A DNA stretch of 64,000 nt from Haliotis cracherodii (Eukaryota), in contig NW_027266308.1 of NCBI RefSeq assembly GCF_022045235.1, positions 61,132,001 through 61,196,000 of the forward strand, in the 5' to 3' direction. Position 1 is the stretch's first letter. Each line of letters starts with the position of its first letter. Below the pieces are notes generated by a model that did no database searches, was not told where the DNA came from, and saw nothing but the letters and a program-made list of their open reading frames with translations. A program made the translations under genes and the position numbers. Of the stretch, positions 38,172 through 50,100 are shown piece after piece.

Positions 38172-38510
38172 AAAAAAAAAATCAATGTGACCATTTATTT
38201 GAAGACAAGGTCGACTGTTGGCCACAAGACGTTTATGAGATGACCATGGCCATCTGCATGCAGGAATGCCATCAGCTGACCACCAGATACACGTGACGTC
38301 ACAGCGGCCACCTGTCTGATTGAATGTCAACCACTGAACAAACATTACCTGGTTATCCGAATGTCGACCATTTGTCAAAGGATATATGGCGGGTTAACGT
38401 GGTCTTTATGTCTTCATGGATGTCAACCACACGTCACAAGATGCATGGTGTATAAGCGTGTCTATATATAACATGTCTGCATGAATGTCGACAATTGGCG
38501 AAAGGGTACA

Positions 38511-38657
38511 TGAAAAAAGTCTACTGGTCATTGTTTGTTTGTTGTTTAACGCCGCACTCAGCAGTATTTCGGATACTAGTCGATGAAAAATGTCTACTGG
38601 TCATTGTTTGTTTGTTGTTTAACGCCGCACTCAGCAGTATTTCGGATACTAGTCGAT
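38511..38657. repeat. Tandem duplication of about 73 bp containing a family B tail fragment
   Basis: GTCTACTGGTCATTGTTTGTTTGTTGTTTAACGCCGCACTCAGCAGTATTTCGGATACTAGTCGAT occurs twice, head to tail. Confidence 0.9.
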
Positions 38658-38725
38658 AGCACATGACATTTGGTTGAATAAATATTATTGGTAAATATGA
38701 AACCTAATTCTTTAGGAGAAAACCA

Positions 38726-39036
38726 TTATTTATCATCCAAAACTGGCTCCCACAGGAGGTATCGCTTGGGTGAGATCAAGCGATATCTACATTGTAAATA
38801 TCACTGCTGGCTCTGCTACTGAAGCTGTTAGCAGTACTGTTATACTTTAGACACTGCTTTTTACTGTCTACAAACTGAAAAAAAGTTTGAAGAATGATGT
38901 TGGATGATTAATAGAATCTCACCATTGTGTCTTTTGATATCAAATATATCAACACTTGTCGATGAAAGTTTAAAACTTGTATCGACCCGTGTAGATGTAT
39001 TTGATTTTAAAAGACACCTGGGTGAGATTCTCCATA
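38726..39036 (+). mobile_element. Non-autonomous element with terminal hairpin (Crypton-like architecture), copy 1
   Basis: ATTTATCATCCAAAACTGGCTCCCACAGGAG...TTGGATGATTAAT followed by hairpin AGAATCTCACC...GGTGAGATTCT; colinear with 52463-52816. Superfamily assignment is inference. Confidence 0.65.
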
Positions 39037-39188
39037 TGTGTTTTTTTTAGATTCGCGAGTGGTATTGGGTATTCGATGGACAAACAATTCTTTTGGAACT
39101 GACGGCAATGTCCGTGTTTCAGATTCCATTTTTTAACCAATCAGATTGAGACACATGTAAGTACAAATATATTCCACTCACGTGTGTG

Positions 39189-39437
39189 GATCCCGTGAAG
39201 ATTTCGGGTTTGAATTGGTCTTCAGCAACCAACGATTGTCGTAAAGGTGACTAAAGGGACTGTGTCGTCAGGCTCGCTGACTTGGTTGATGCATGTCATC
39301 GTATCCCAACTGCCTAGATCCATGCTGATGATGTCAGTCACTGAATTGTCTGGTCCAGACTCGATTATTTACAAACCACTGTCATGTAGCTGGAATAGTG
39401 CAGGAGTGCGACGTTAAACAATAAACAAATGAACAAG
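39189..39437 (+). mobile_element. Short retroposon family B
   Basis: Full-length match to the copies at 4818, 48246 and 51354. Confidence 0.85.
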
Positions 39438-39516
39438 CACTCACTATTCCAGTACTCATTATTGCGGCGTTAAACTATTAACAAACTATTTGGAGCTCTT
39501 AAACCTCAATGGTCTT

Positions 39517-39676
39517 AAGTGAGTGGGTGAATATGGTTTTACGCCGCTTAAGCAATATTCCATCAGTATCACGTTGGAGGACACCAGAAATGGGCTCCAA
39601 ATATTGTACACGGGTCGAACCCGGATCTTCGGCCTGACGAGCAAACACTTTATCCTCCAGGCTACCCGACTGCCCC
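39517..39676 (-). mobile_element. SINE family C
   Basis: Reverse-complement match to 9194-9357. Confidence 0.8.
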
Positions 39677-40633
39677 AAAGGTATTAAGTTTACAGTTCAC
39701 TTCCATGTGGTTTACAATCAGAGAACGACCAGCGAGCTACGAGCAATAGGAAATATATCCGTGTTTCAAGTAGGTTAAAATTAGTCTCTGTGTTATCTAC
39801 TTTGATCAAGATCAGCAAATACTAATAAAACAATAATACGAATCACTCGTAATGTACTGTTTTCATCCCCTGGATGCCACAGGGACAATATGTCTCTCGT
39901 CTTCAATTTCTCACTTTTGAATTCGAATAAACATACACCACGCACACAAATACACTTCAACGTTTGAATTCTGCGGTAGGTTCTCTGATCTGTTCTATAT
40001 TTAAGCAAAGCAAACCTACCGTAAACGACCTCAGAATATAACGTGGCAGCGAGTCGCTGTTGATGTCATGTTGACCATATGTTACCTTAAAGCTTGACGA
40101 CACAATTTTCAATGTTTTATAGAAAACACCATTTCTGATCATGACGTGTATAATGATAGTATTTCTAAATTCGTGCATTTAACCTAGAGGATATACAAAA
40201 TATATATAGATATCGGTGTTTTTTATAACACCTATTTCAGATTTCATGACTTTATTATCGCCATATATAAGATAGCTACGGGAAAATTCGCAAAGAACAA
40301 TGAAGAATAAAGCGTGGTTTATTTCACGATAAAACATTGTTCTATCATGAGGTCATATCTGGAGATTCGAACACGCTACTTGATGACGTCGTATGAAGTG
40401 ACTAGTGAGTAGTTCCCCTATAGATATAGCGGGTCAACGTAAATAAACGCAATGACCGAAAGATCGTTCCAAAAGTGGGAGAGATATGACAATCGGTATT
40501 GGGAGAAAAATGTAACAGACAATCGACGTGAAAATTGTGAGAATATGTGGGAAAGACCAAATTTACCGTCATATAGCTGGAATATTGCTGAGTGCGGCGT
40601 TAACAAGAAATAAACAAAGAAACAAACTTATAG

Positions 40634-40832
40634 CATGGGCGGATACAGGGGGTGGGGGGGGTGGGGGGGTGGGGGGTGGTGTGTGTGCACAATTAAGATC
40701 TATTTATTGTCTTTGGTGGTAATTTATACAGAAATAAAGATTTTGTTCGAAATAAAAAGGTGGGGGGTGAGGGGGGGAGGTGGGGGGTGGGGGGTGGCGC
40801 ACCCCCGCACCCCCCCTCTGTATCCGCCCATG
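40634..40832. mobile_element. G-rich MITE upstream of SYVN1
   Basis: TIR CATGGGCGGATACAG / CTGTATCCGCCCATG, direct repeat TATAG on both flanks, G-run clusters inside. Confidence 0.8.
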
Positions 40833-41035
40833 TATAGTGATAGCTATAACATGCTTTAAGACTCAGAAAAAATATTTTTCAGTTTATCAGCAGGAAAGTG
40901 TATCGGCAGTTTATCTGTTTAAAAAGGAAATTAAGAAGTAACATAAATATGCTAATAAAGCACGATGCCATAAATCTTCACACGTTATGCCTACTAAATA
41001 AAAAACAAGAATGCTGATATATATTTCTCTTCAAT

Positions 41036-41054
41036 CCAATGACGTTAGGCCACG
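41036..41054 (+). promoter_or_regulatory. ER stress response element (ERSE) CCAAT-N9-CCACG upstream of SYVN1
   Basis: CCAAT GACGTTAGG CCACG is an exact ERSE consensus ending about 110 bp before the ATG; it contains a TGACGT core. Confidence 0.75.
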
Positions 41055-41103
41055 AATAGAAGTGCTATTTTTAGCACATTGACCTACTAATCGACCTAAA
41101 TCA

Positions 41104-41123
41104 CCGCCATGTTGGTGACGTCA
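41104..41123 (+). promoter_or_regulatory. YY1-like motif (CCGCCATGTT) and palindromic CRE/bZIP site (TGACGTCA)
   Basis: CCGCCATGTT at 41104-41113 and TGACGTCA at 41116-41123, between the ERSE and the SYVN1 ATG. Confidence 0.5.
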
Positions 41124-41163
41124 AAAGCTCGGAAACAGGAACACAATCAGACGCAACTGCAAG

Positions 41164-44100
41164 ATGCGGTCTCTTGTATTAACAGTGGCCAGTTTTGCTC
41201 TAACTGGTTTCGTTGTAGGAAATGCATACTATCAAAAGAAACAGTTTTATCCCTCCGTGGTGTATATTACCAAGTCGAATCCGAGTATGGCGGTGAGTTT
41301 ATCGTACCCAAATGTAAACTTCACCTTGGCATTGACACGCAGTCTTACCGGGGCAAAATGATCGTCTGCTCACTTGCCGGTACAATATGTGAAACATGAC
41401 ACCAGTATTATTGTTCGAGTTCATGGTTGTTTTTAGAAATGCGTTAAACTCTTTCTTAAATGTGTAATATTCCACATTAACACCAGAATGCAGAACCTGC
41501 TAAATCAGAAAACAAGAATGGAAAACCAAAATACGATTCGATGATTTTGTTTTCGATTTCAGATTTCATAACAAACTGTTTGATCTATCTATTCACCCCA
41601 GTTCTCATGATTTGAAAATATTGTAAGCCGTAACAGTAACTTTGTTTAATTATATCACACGACCTGTAAATTAAATTTCACAATGTAAACACAAAGAATT
41701 ACAGATATGACTCCAAAAGTCAGGAGAGCAACAGTAGGCTATAACATATTTATTAATAGCCTATTTTTTCCTTTGGTGTTTTGAGTGCTCACCTGTATCA
41801 CTGATGTCACCTGATGTAAATTGTATCAGCAGGTTTGATATCCCACTATCTCAACATGACCAACAGTTTAAAAAAATAATGTTTTTTTAAAGAGGAAAGA
41901 CTGATACTGTGGTCTAGTGGATAGAGTGGAATTTTGGTGGTTTAATTTAATCCTCTGTCTATGGCATACCAAAAGACGTAAACAGATGGTACTTTTTACC
42001 TTGTCTTGCACTCAAGATAAAACAAGGACTGGTCAGCTCGGAGTCAGTATATTATGTTGAAGTGGGATATCCATGTTAAACAGCGGCATGGTATCTCAGT
42101 GGGTGAGCACTGTAAAACCGGCATAAGTCTGGACTGGTACATGCAGCCTCATGTGCATGCATGTTGCTATATATTATAAGTGCAGTAATCTTGAATGCTA
42201 TGTTAATCCCAATTTCACCTCATCTTAAAGACAAAAATATCTTCAGCTAAACACAAAGGGGCATGGAAAATATGTACGTTAATAATTATATACCACATTA
42301 TTTGAAGGACATTTTTGAGGCCATGTGGGCTGTCATGATGTTATTGCTGCAGCTGAGGAAACCATAGTATCAAAATATGCCTCCATTGAGGATATGGGAC
42401 GTATGCTTGCATTTATTCAAAGCAACACACCAGGGTGCCGTTGTACAAAGCGATCTTAGCGCTAAGGTGACTAACTCCAATACCTTAACAAAGACTTACA
42501 ACAGTCGTAGTGCTAAAGTTGTTTTGTACGACACCCAGCTAGCCATGTTCTCCTGAAAAACATGACAGAAACAAAGCAGATTGTAATACTGTATTCCCCA
42601 CTGCCGTTTAAACACAATATAACATGTTTTAGAAGCATCTATCAAGATCTATGTCTATAAAACAATGTTATAGACGTCACTAGGTCTGATATTGAAAATC
42701 AGGCTAACATTCTTATAATTTTAATTGAGACTGTCCACTATTCTTTGTTGATACATAAGTTGAGAATGTAGATACGGGTAATATAATGATTTTAACTTGA
42801 AAATAGTTTTGGTCAGTTTCTATGAAAGTATTTTGTAGTTGAGATGTAATGATAACAAATAAGATATTCATTGATAAGTACATTACTTTAACAAATGAAA
42901 TCTTTAACCATTTGAAGCATATTAAGGACTTGTTCACAGATCTAAATGTTTTTGGCCCTTTCAAGTGCTGTCTGTAATCTTCGTAAAAGTACAAAACAAA
43001 CACAGTATGAATGATTAAATGCTGTGTTCATATATAGGGGGATATTTTCAGTCATTGGTGCTGATATTTCCGATCAATGACATCCTAAGCTGGAAAACTA
43101 CAACATAATGCCCCTTTCAATATGTGGTATTGATGGACAAGGACTGTATCAGGAGACGACAATACTTCACAAGTTGAGATATGCTGTGTTCAAATTAAGA
43201 ATGAAAGTCAACATGGTCCAGAGGTCCTTGCCACAACATTAATATAAATAATCAAAGAGTTACATGATTTAACAGGGTTAGAAGTAAACTCTAAAGCTTT
43301 ACTAGCTTATATAAAGATAAAATGGTCTTGTAATGTTATAACAATGTTGAAATTGGGAAATTTGTACTCGCCCAGGGTTAGCAGGCTGGTGTTCCTACCC
43401 TGTTTAAGGGGATGCTGCATATACATACTATAGCAAGGATTCCAAGACCCTTTCAATTTTGAACACTGAATATAGCATCTTGTTTAGAACCCTATATCAT
43501 GTATATTGTTTATGTGGGTTTTTTTCTTTACAGGTGCTCTACATTCAGGCTTTTGTGTTTGTAATACTCATGGGAAAACTCATGAGAAAGATATTTTTCG
43601 GTCAGCTAAGAGCAGCAGAAATGGAGGTATTTATATTTGTTTTTGGTCTCTTACATTGGTCTCTTAAGCAGTAATTTGAAGTGTTTTTGTTGATGATAAA
43701 GTAATATTCTAATACATGTAGACTGACCCAGGAAGCTGGGAAGCTGTTATTCATACTTACTATTGTGATTACACAGGGTTTTAAAAATTTGTCCTACTTT
43801 TTTATGTATTTATTATTTTGATGGAAATAAAATTGAATAAGCATGTAGAGAAATAATGCTGCCCCAGTTTAGGCATCAAGTAATAATGAGCTGATAAGCA
43901 TGATAATGGGCTAATGCACATGTCTATATGTAGTCTCCCATACAGACTCTAAAACAAAAAAATTGAATACTCTCAAGCAAATCAACAATATTTTGGCATG
44001 TTTGGCAAGTTAAGATTTCTTCACTTTCTAAGAATGATGAGATTTGCTTGATTCCTTTCTATTATATATTGAATGACTTCTTAAGATGTTTTCATTTCAG

Positions 44101-47100
44101 AGACTAAGGGTTAGTCAATATGTCTGTACAATTTCATTCTAATTTTGTAGCATCTCATAGAGAGGTCCTGGTATGCTGTCACAGAAACTTGTCTGGCCTT
44201 TACCGTCTTCAGGGATGACTTCAGCCCACGTTTTGTGGCCATGTTTACCTTACTGTTATTTCTAAAGTGCTTCCATTGGCTTGCAGAAGATAGAGTTGAT
44301 TATGTAAGTCTTAAAAAATAATCAGGTTAATATAATGTAACCATGGTAACATGAAAGGTGATGAATTTATGTTAACAGTAATTTCATCTGTAAATGTGAT
44401 TTTCCTTTTTAAATACATACCAATAAGTGTAAAATATAGAACATGCTGACATTGATTCGCAAGTATATGAAATATTGTTTATTATGTGTTTAGCAGTTTG
44501 CTGTACAGATGATTTAACGCAATATATTTCTTTCAGATGGAAAGAAGCCCTGTAATATCTTTATTGTTTCACTGTCGAGTATTATGTAAGTATCAATCAT
44601 GATGTCTTGATTATCATAGCAGGTGCTAAAACATTTGAGTCTCATGAGCACAAATTTTGTTTGTTGGCTTAATTTTCAGTAGATATTAGTGTTATTTCAT
44701 GGAGCATTGCTAGTTGAGCTTACTCATCATGTCCATCAGTGGTAGAAACTAACAGTTTAATCCACTAGTCCTTATATTTATAATGATAACCTATTGCAAA
44801 ACCCTTGCAAATTTCTGCTACCTTTAATATTAGGCAATTTGGCAAGGACTATAGGACAAGTGCCAATTCCTATCGCTATCCATGCATTCAATAAGACCTA
44901 ACAGAACTATCAAGTGTCATATGAACAAATGAGGTGGTATATGTCATACATTCTTCAGCAACTTTTGTTGTCATGCATGGATTTATCCATGATTCCAAAC
45001 TACATGTTATTTAGGGAAAAAAGACATTTTTGTTAATTTAGGAAAGCTGACATTCAATACAGTGATGTTAGATTAAGCATTAAAAGCCAGGACCTCTCCA
45101 TCAATCCTGTTATCATTGAAATAAAAGCCATTTGTTACCATAATAATATAATAATTAGTTATTGCTATAAACTGGAAGATTTTTTAATTCAAGCTTGGGA
45201 ATTTTTACTGATATCCGCTGCAGAATTTTGGCCTCTTGAACGTGTCTAGATAAATCGCTGTGGTACCGAACAATCCTGCACATATTTAGAAGCCTGTTCA
45301 GTTAGTATTATCCAGCTCACCAAATCAGTAGAAATAGTTAATGATGTTATAATGTTACCCTGAATGGTTTGTGATACTTTGATACAAGTGTCAGTAACTG
45401 GTGTATTGTTTTGTTTCAGCACTGTTGTCATTTCTGGGTGTTTTGGATGTTTACTTCATAAATCATGCTTACTACAGCACCTTGTTGAAGGGAGCATCTG
45501 TGCAGTTGGTGTTTGGATTTGAGGTATGACCACATATCGCATTACATTAATAGCTGTTGGATTTTCTCTATTCATAGATGTATTATGTGAATAAGGCCAC
45601 CATAAATTAGTTTTAGATTTTCATTACAAAAAAGTTGCTTGAATGAATGTTATTATTCCCTGCCTCAAAGTGGGAGGGTCATAAGGGAATGAGTGTCGGC
45701 CATCCCATCCTTTGTCCATCATGTTTTGTTTCCAGAGCATAATGCAAAGACTACTGAATATTTCTTGATCCAACTTTGCAGACGTATCAGTCTAGCAGTG
45801 AACAGAGGCACCTTTTGCTACTTAGGAATTAATAAAAAAAAATTTCTGGTTTCTGTTATGACATATTGGACTGAAATGATGGTAGTTTGATTCTGGAGCA
45901 TAACTTTAAGACTCTTATTATTTGAAAAAAATAATGATTTGTATAAAGTTAGATATTTTTTAAATTAATAGTGTTTAATCAGTGACTAGCATGACTATTA
46001 TTGTCAAAAGTCACTTAATATTTACACTTATTATGCAGATTATGCAGACATCTACATTTATATGCCAGTTACTTGATTGGGTTTGTTCAGTAAATAATGA
46101 ATAAATGTCTGGTGAAGATCCGAATTAGAATGATCTTCAGTGACCCATGCTTGTCTTAAGAGGCGATAACGGGATCGGGTGGTCAGTCTTGGTGATTTGG
46201 TTGATGAATGTCGTATCCCAATTGTGTATATCGTTGCTCATGATGTCAATCACTAGTTTTTCTAGTCCGGACTTGACCCTCTTTGTGTGGCTGGAAAATT
46301 GTATGGGCTGGCATTCAGTCAAAAAATACATCAGTTGAAATAAAGGACAAAAGTATGTAATAATAGTCATATGTTAATAAAATATTAAATGTCACTGATA
46401 AAGGTCAAAAGAAAGAACAATGTGTACTAAAGAACGTAAGTGCGCACAAAGAAACCAAACGCTAAAGGACAATGTTAACAGTAAAGAATGCCAGATGGTG
46501 CGGCAATGTCTACATTCCAATTTAAAACTGCTTGTTCCGCTTTGTATATGATAAATGTATGCAATGGGCGATTAGGCCAATGTTGGAAAGCTGCCAAATC
46601 TGGAAACTTCGAATTCTTATGTTCTTTGTTATAATAATGACAATTAATTCAAATGCAATGTGCAAAGGCATTGAAGATGGCTGGCCACCAACCAGTTATT
46701 GCCATTACACACTGAATGCATGTGTCATCTGTAAAACATGAATGATATCATGGAATAATCCGATAAAGGTCCAAGCATTGTGCAAAGCGTAACGCCATCT
46801 GGTGCTCTCACTCATCACATATGTATTTGTGATGAATACTAATAAAACACCTCTTTGATTGTAGTATTGGCCTTCAAATAAGTAAATTGCAAGTGAATCT
46901 GGGGTATTTGATTGGTAATCAGGCAAAAAAGAATTGTGTTTATGTATCTGTAATCCCCCCAAATAAATAAGGCCACGCCTATGAAGGGTCGATTATCACC
47001 TGATTGGATGGTAATAGAATGAGCTTGGCCTGTGTTGCATTAGTGCGCTGAGCAATGTCACTTATTGTTGTCTCTATTTGTTTTGTGTTTTAATAAATAA

Positions 47101-50100
47101 ATAAATAAGTAAAGTTAAAGTTAATGTTTTTGACATATTTTTTTATAAGAATTTATAGTCACGTATTTAATGAATAATTGAAGTCAATTCTTATTAAGAA
47201 ATACAACAACAATAAGAACTTTACACATTCTGCTCATTTTTTCATTTAATGCATTTAATGCAGATTATATTGCAGTCAACTCTCAACTAAACAACAAAAT
47301 ATTTATTAAAACTATGGCTGGGACCGTTAACACGGGAACTTGGCTCATGGGGCCCTGAATAGGATTTGTGTACCTTTGTGTCCACCGTACGTTCTTCAGT
47401 ACACTTTGTTCTTTCTTTTTACCTTTATTAATATTGTTTAATACTTTATTCGCAACATTTGACTATTATTGTTTACTTTTGTCCTTTATTTCAACTGATG
47501 TCTTTTTTTGATGAAATGGCCGCCCCTAATATTGCTGAGTGCAGCTTTAAAAAACAAACAAACAAAAATGTTTCGGGAGCATGAAATGTTTAGGCCTTTA
47601 CATAGTAGAATTCTGCTGAGAGACTTGATAATAAAAATTTGTCTGAATTAACCCTCAGATTTTCTATCTTTTGTTTCATTTGGAGACCATATCATAATTC
47701 CTACTTAGTGGTCTCAGCGGAAAGATCTGTCCTTAAGAATTTGTTCTTGCTGTTAAAACTGATGGAGCAAACTTTAGTTTGACCCAAGGTTATGCTTGAC
47801 TTGGTGTGGTTTCAGTATGCAATCCTACTGACAGTGGTGTTGATGACGTTCATGAAGTATGTGCTGCATACAGTAGATCTGCAGAGTGAGAACCCTTGGG
47901 AGAACAAAGCTGTGTATCTCCTATATACAGAACTTGTCATGGGTACGTACAAAAGCAGGCAAGAATAAATGTATAGGGATTGTTAACAAGCACAAAATTA
48001 ATCCTGCTCCAGAATTTGTCCATCAGTAAAACAATTACAAACATGATTACAAAATGCATATGGGCATTATAATGTTGAGACATCAGTAGACTTGTTTCTA
48101 CAAAATAAGCTAGTTTGGTATGTCTGTAGCTAAACTTATGAGAGACACAAGATGCAAGATAAATCTAGAGTTTGCAGTTACCGGCATTGAGGAAGTATGT
48201 GTTCTACTGATGTTATTTCAGTTGGATCCTCTTCATGGTAGATCTCTCCATGAAGATCCGGGGTAGAATAGGTCTTCAGCAACCCATGCTTGCCGTAAGA
48301 GACGACTAAAGGGATTGGGGGCTCAGGCTCGCTGACTTGGTTGATGCATGTCATTGTATCCCTATTGTGTAGATCGATGCTCACGATGTCAATCACTGGA
48401 TTGTCTGGTCCAGACTCGATTATTTACAAACTGTCATTATTTAGCTGGAATATTGCTGAGTGTGGCGTTAAACAACAACAAACAAACATCATGGTATGAT
48501 GGATTTCTGTCTTTGTTTCAGGATTCATTCGAGTCATGCTGTACATAGTGTTTATGGCAATTATGATTAAGGTGCACACCTTCCCATTGTTTGCCATTAG
48601 ACCGATGTATCTTTCACTCAGGTAACCCTTTATTCCAACTCCTTGTCTATTTGTGTATAAGTGTACTGAAACTTGTAATTTTTGTAATTACACAAATCTG
48701 CATTATTGCTCTAAGAAAAGTGTTGCTTTGAGTGTATTCCAAATTAACTCTGATGTGTTTGTTTTAGGTCTTTCAAGAAGGCGCTTCATGATGTGATAAT
48801 GTCACGGAGAGCCATAAGAAATATGAACACATTGTAAGTGATAAGTTTCTGTTTGCCTGTTACAAATATTTTAAGGGTAAATGTTTATTGTTGTATGTAG
48901 CATACTATTGCTTGTAACAGTTGTCAGTGTGCCAAGAAATATGGGGGCAATGGGATAGCAAGTGTTCATTTCAGAACGAGGCTGTGGGGACTTATACACA
49001 CAAAATTCTTAATGGTGAAAAAAAAATATACATCACACTGCCAAACGGTCAGAACATAATATCCAAAAATTAAAATATGTTTTTGATTGTACCTTTGACT
49101 ATTGACTTCAATTCAGCACCAAGTTTTGTCAATCATTGTCAAATTTAGAAGTAAACATGTTTGTAAGATTGGATTACATCAATTATTTATCGTATCCTCG
49201 AAAGTTTTAAGTTGGCATTAGTAACGATTAGTAGGTTTAGCGATAAGTTCCTATTGAATTGATCATGATAGTAACATGATTTGATTGGCTGGTATAATCA
49301 TTTCCGGGAATGAGCGCTATCTCCCTGACATCATGAGACCCAAAATGAGTTATCTCCCTTACATCATTGGGCCCAATCAGCTGTAATCTGTCTTTTTACG
49401 ATCACATATCCCTGTTACTCGCTTGTCATGGCGTCAGAGAAATGAAGGCAGGTTATGGGTCCAAGTTAATGGAATTATTTTTTAAGACTGTTAAACTGCA
49501 GGTCAGAATGTGGCTAAAGATAATGAAGAGGCCAATTGATGTCTGAGATCGTGCAACTGGTGTACTGTCTTGAGCTTAAGATTGTTTTCTTGAACATGAC
49601 TGTTGAAAGAACTAGAGAAAGTGTTATTCTTTAACTCTGACTGGAAGAATGAACTGTCTTTGCAAAGTGAATAGATAAAGTGTGAAAAGTGAAAATGTCA
49701 CGTTATGTGAATACATAAAGTGACACTGACAAGTTGAATTCCTGTTGGACAGTAAGAAAGTACCTTTCTCTAAGTATTATGTCTGTATGTCAAAAATATT
49801 TGTCTGTGCCCTGATTTCAGCAAATTTCCCCAATTCTTAGAAAGGAAGGGGTCACATTCCAGTTTCTGAATTGAACTCTGGGTAGCCTCGTGGCTAAAGT
49901 GCTCATTCAGCACACCAAAGGCCCAGGTAATCTGTGAAGCCCATTTCGGTTGTCCCCAGCTGTGAAATTGCTGAAATAATACTAGAGGCTTTGTAAAACA
50001 ATGCCAACTCTTATACTCATTCCAAGAATTGTGACAATTGTTAATACTTAGATTCCTTTAATTTAGGAATTGCCCGCTGGCAACAAATAAGGATCATTAT

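Noticed and set aside
48246-48318. Assigning the family B head to a known ribozyme class (HDV, hammerhead, twister, pistol)
   Set aside because: Manual fitting failed: no room for the HDV P2/P3 order, no CUGAUGA/GAAA core, no twister or pistol conserved junctions. Kept only as an unclassified candidate.
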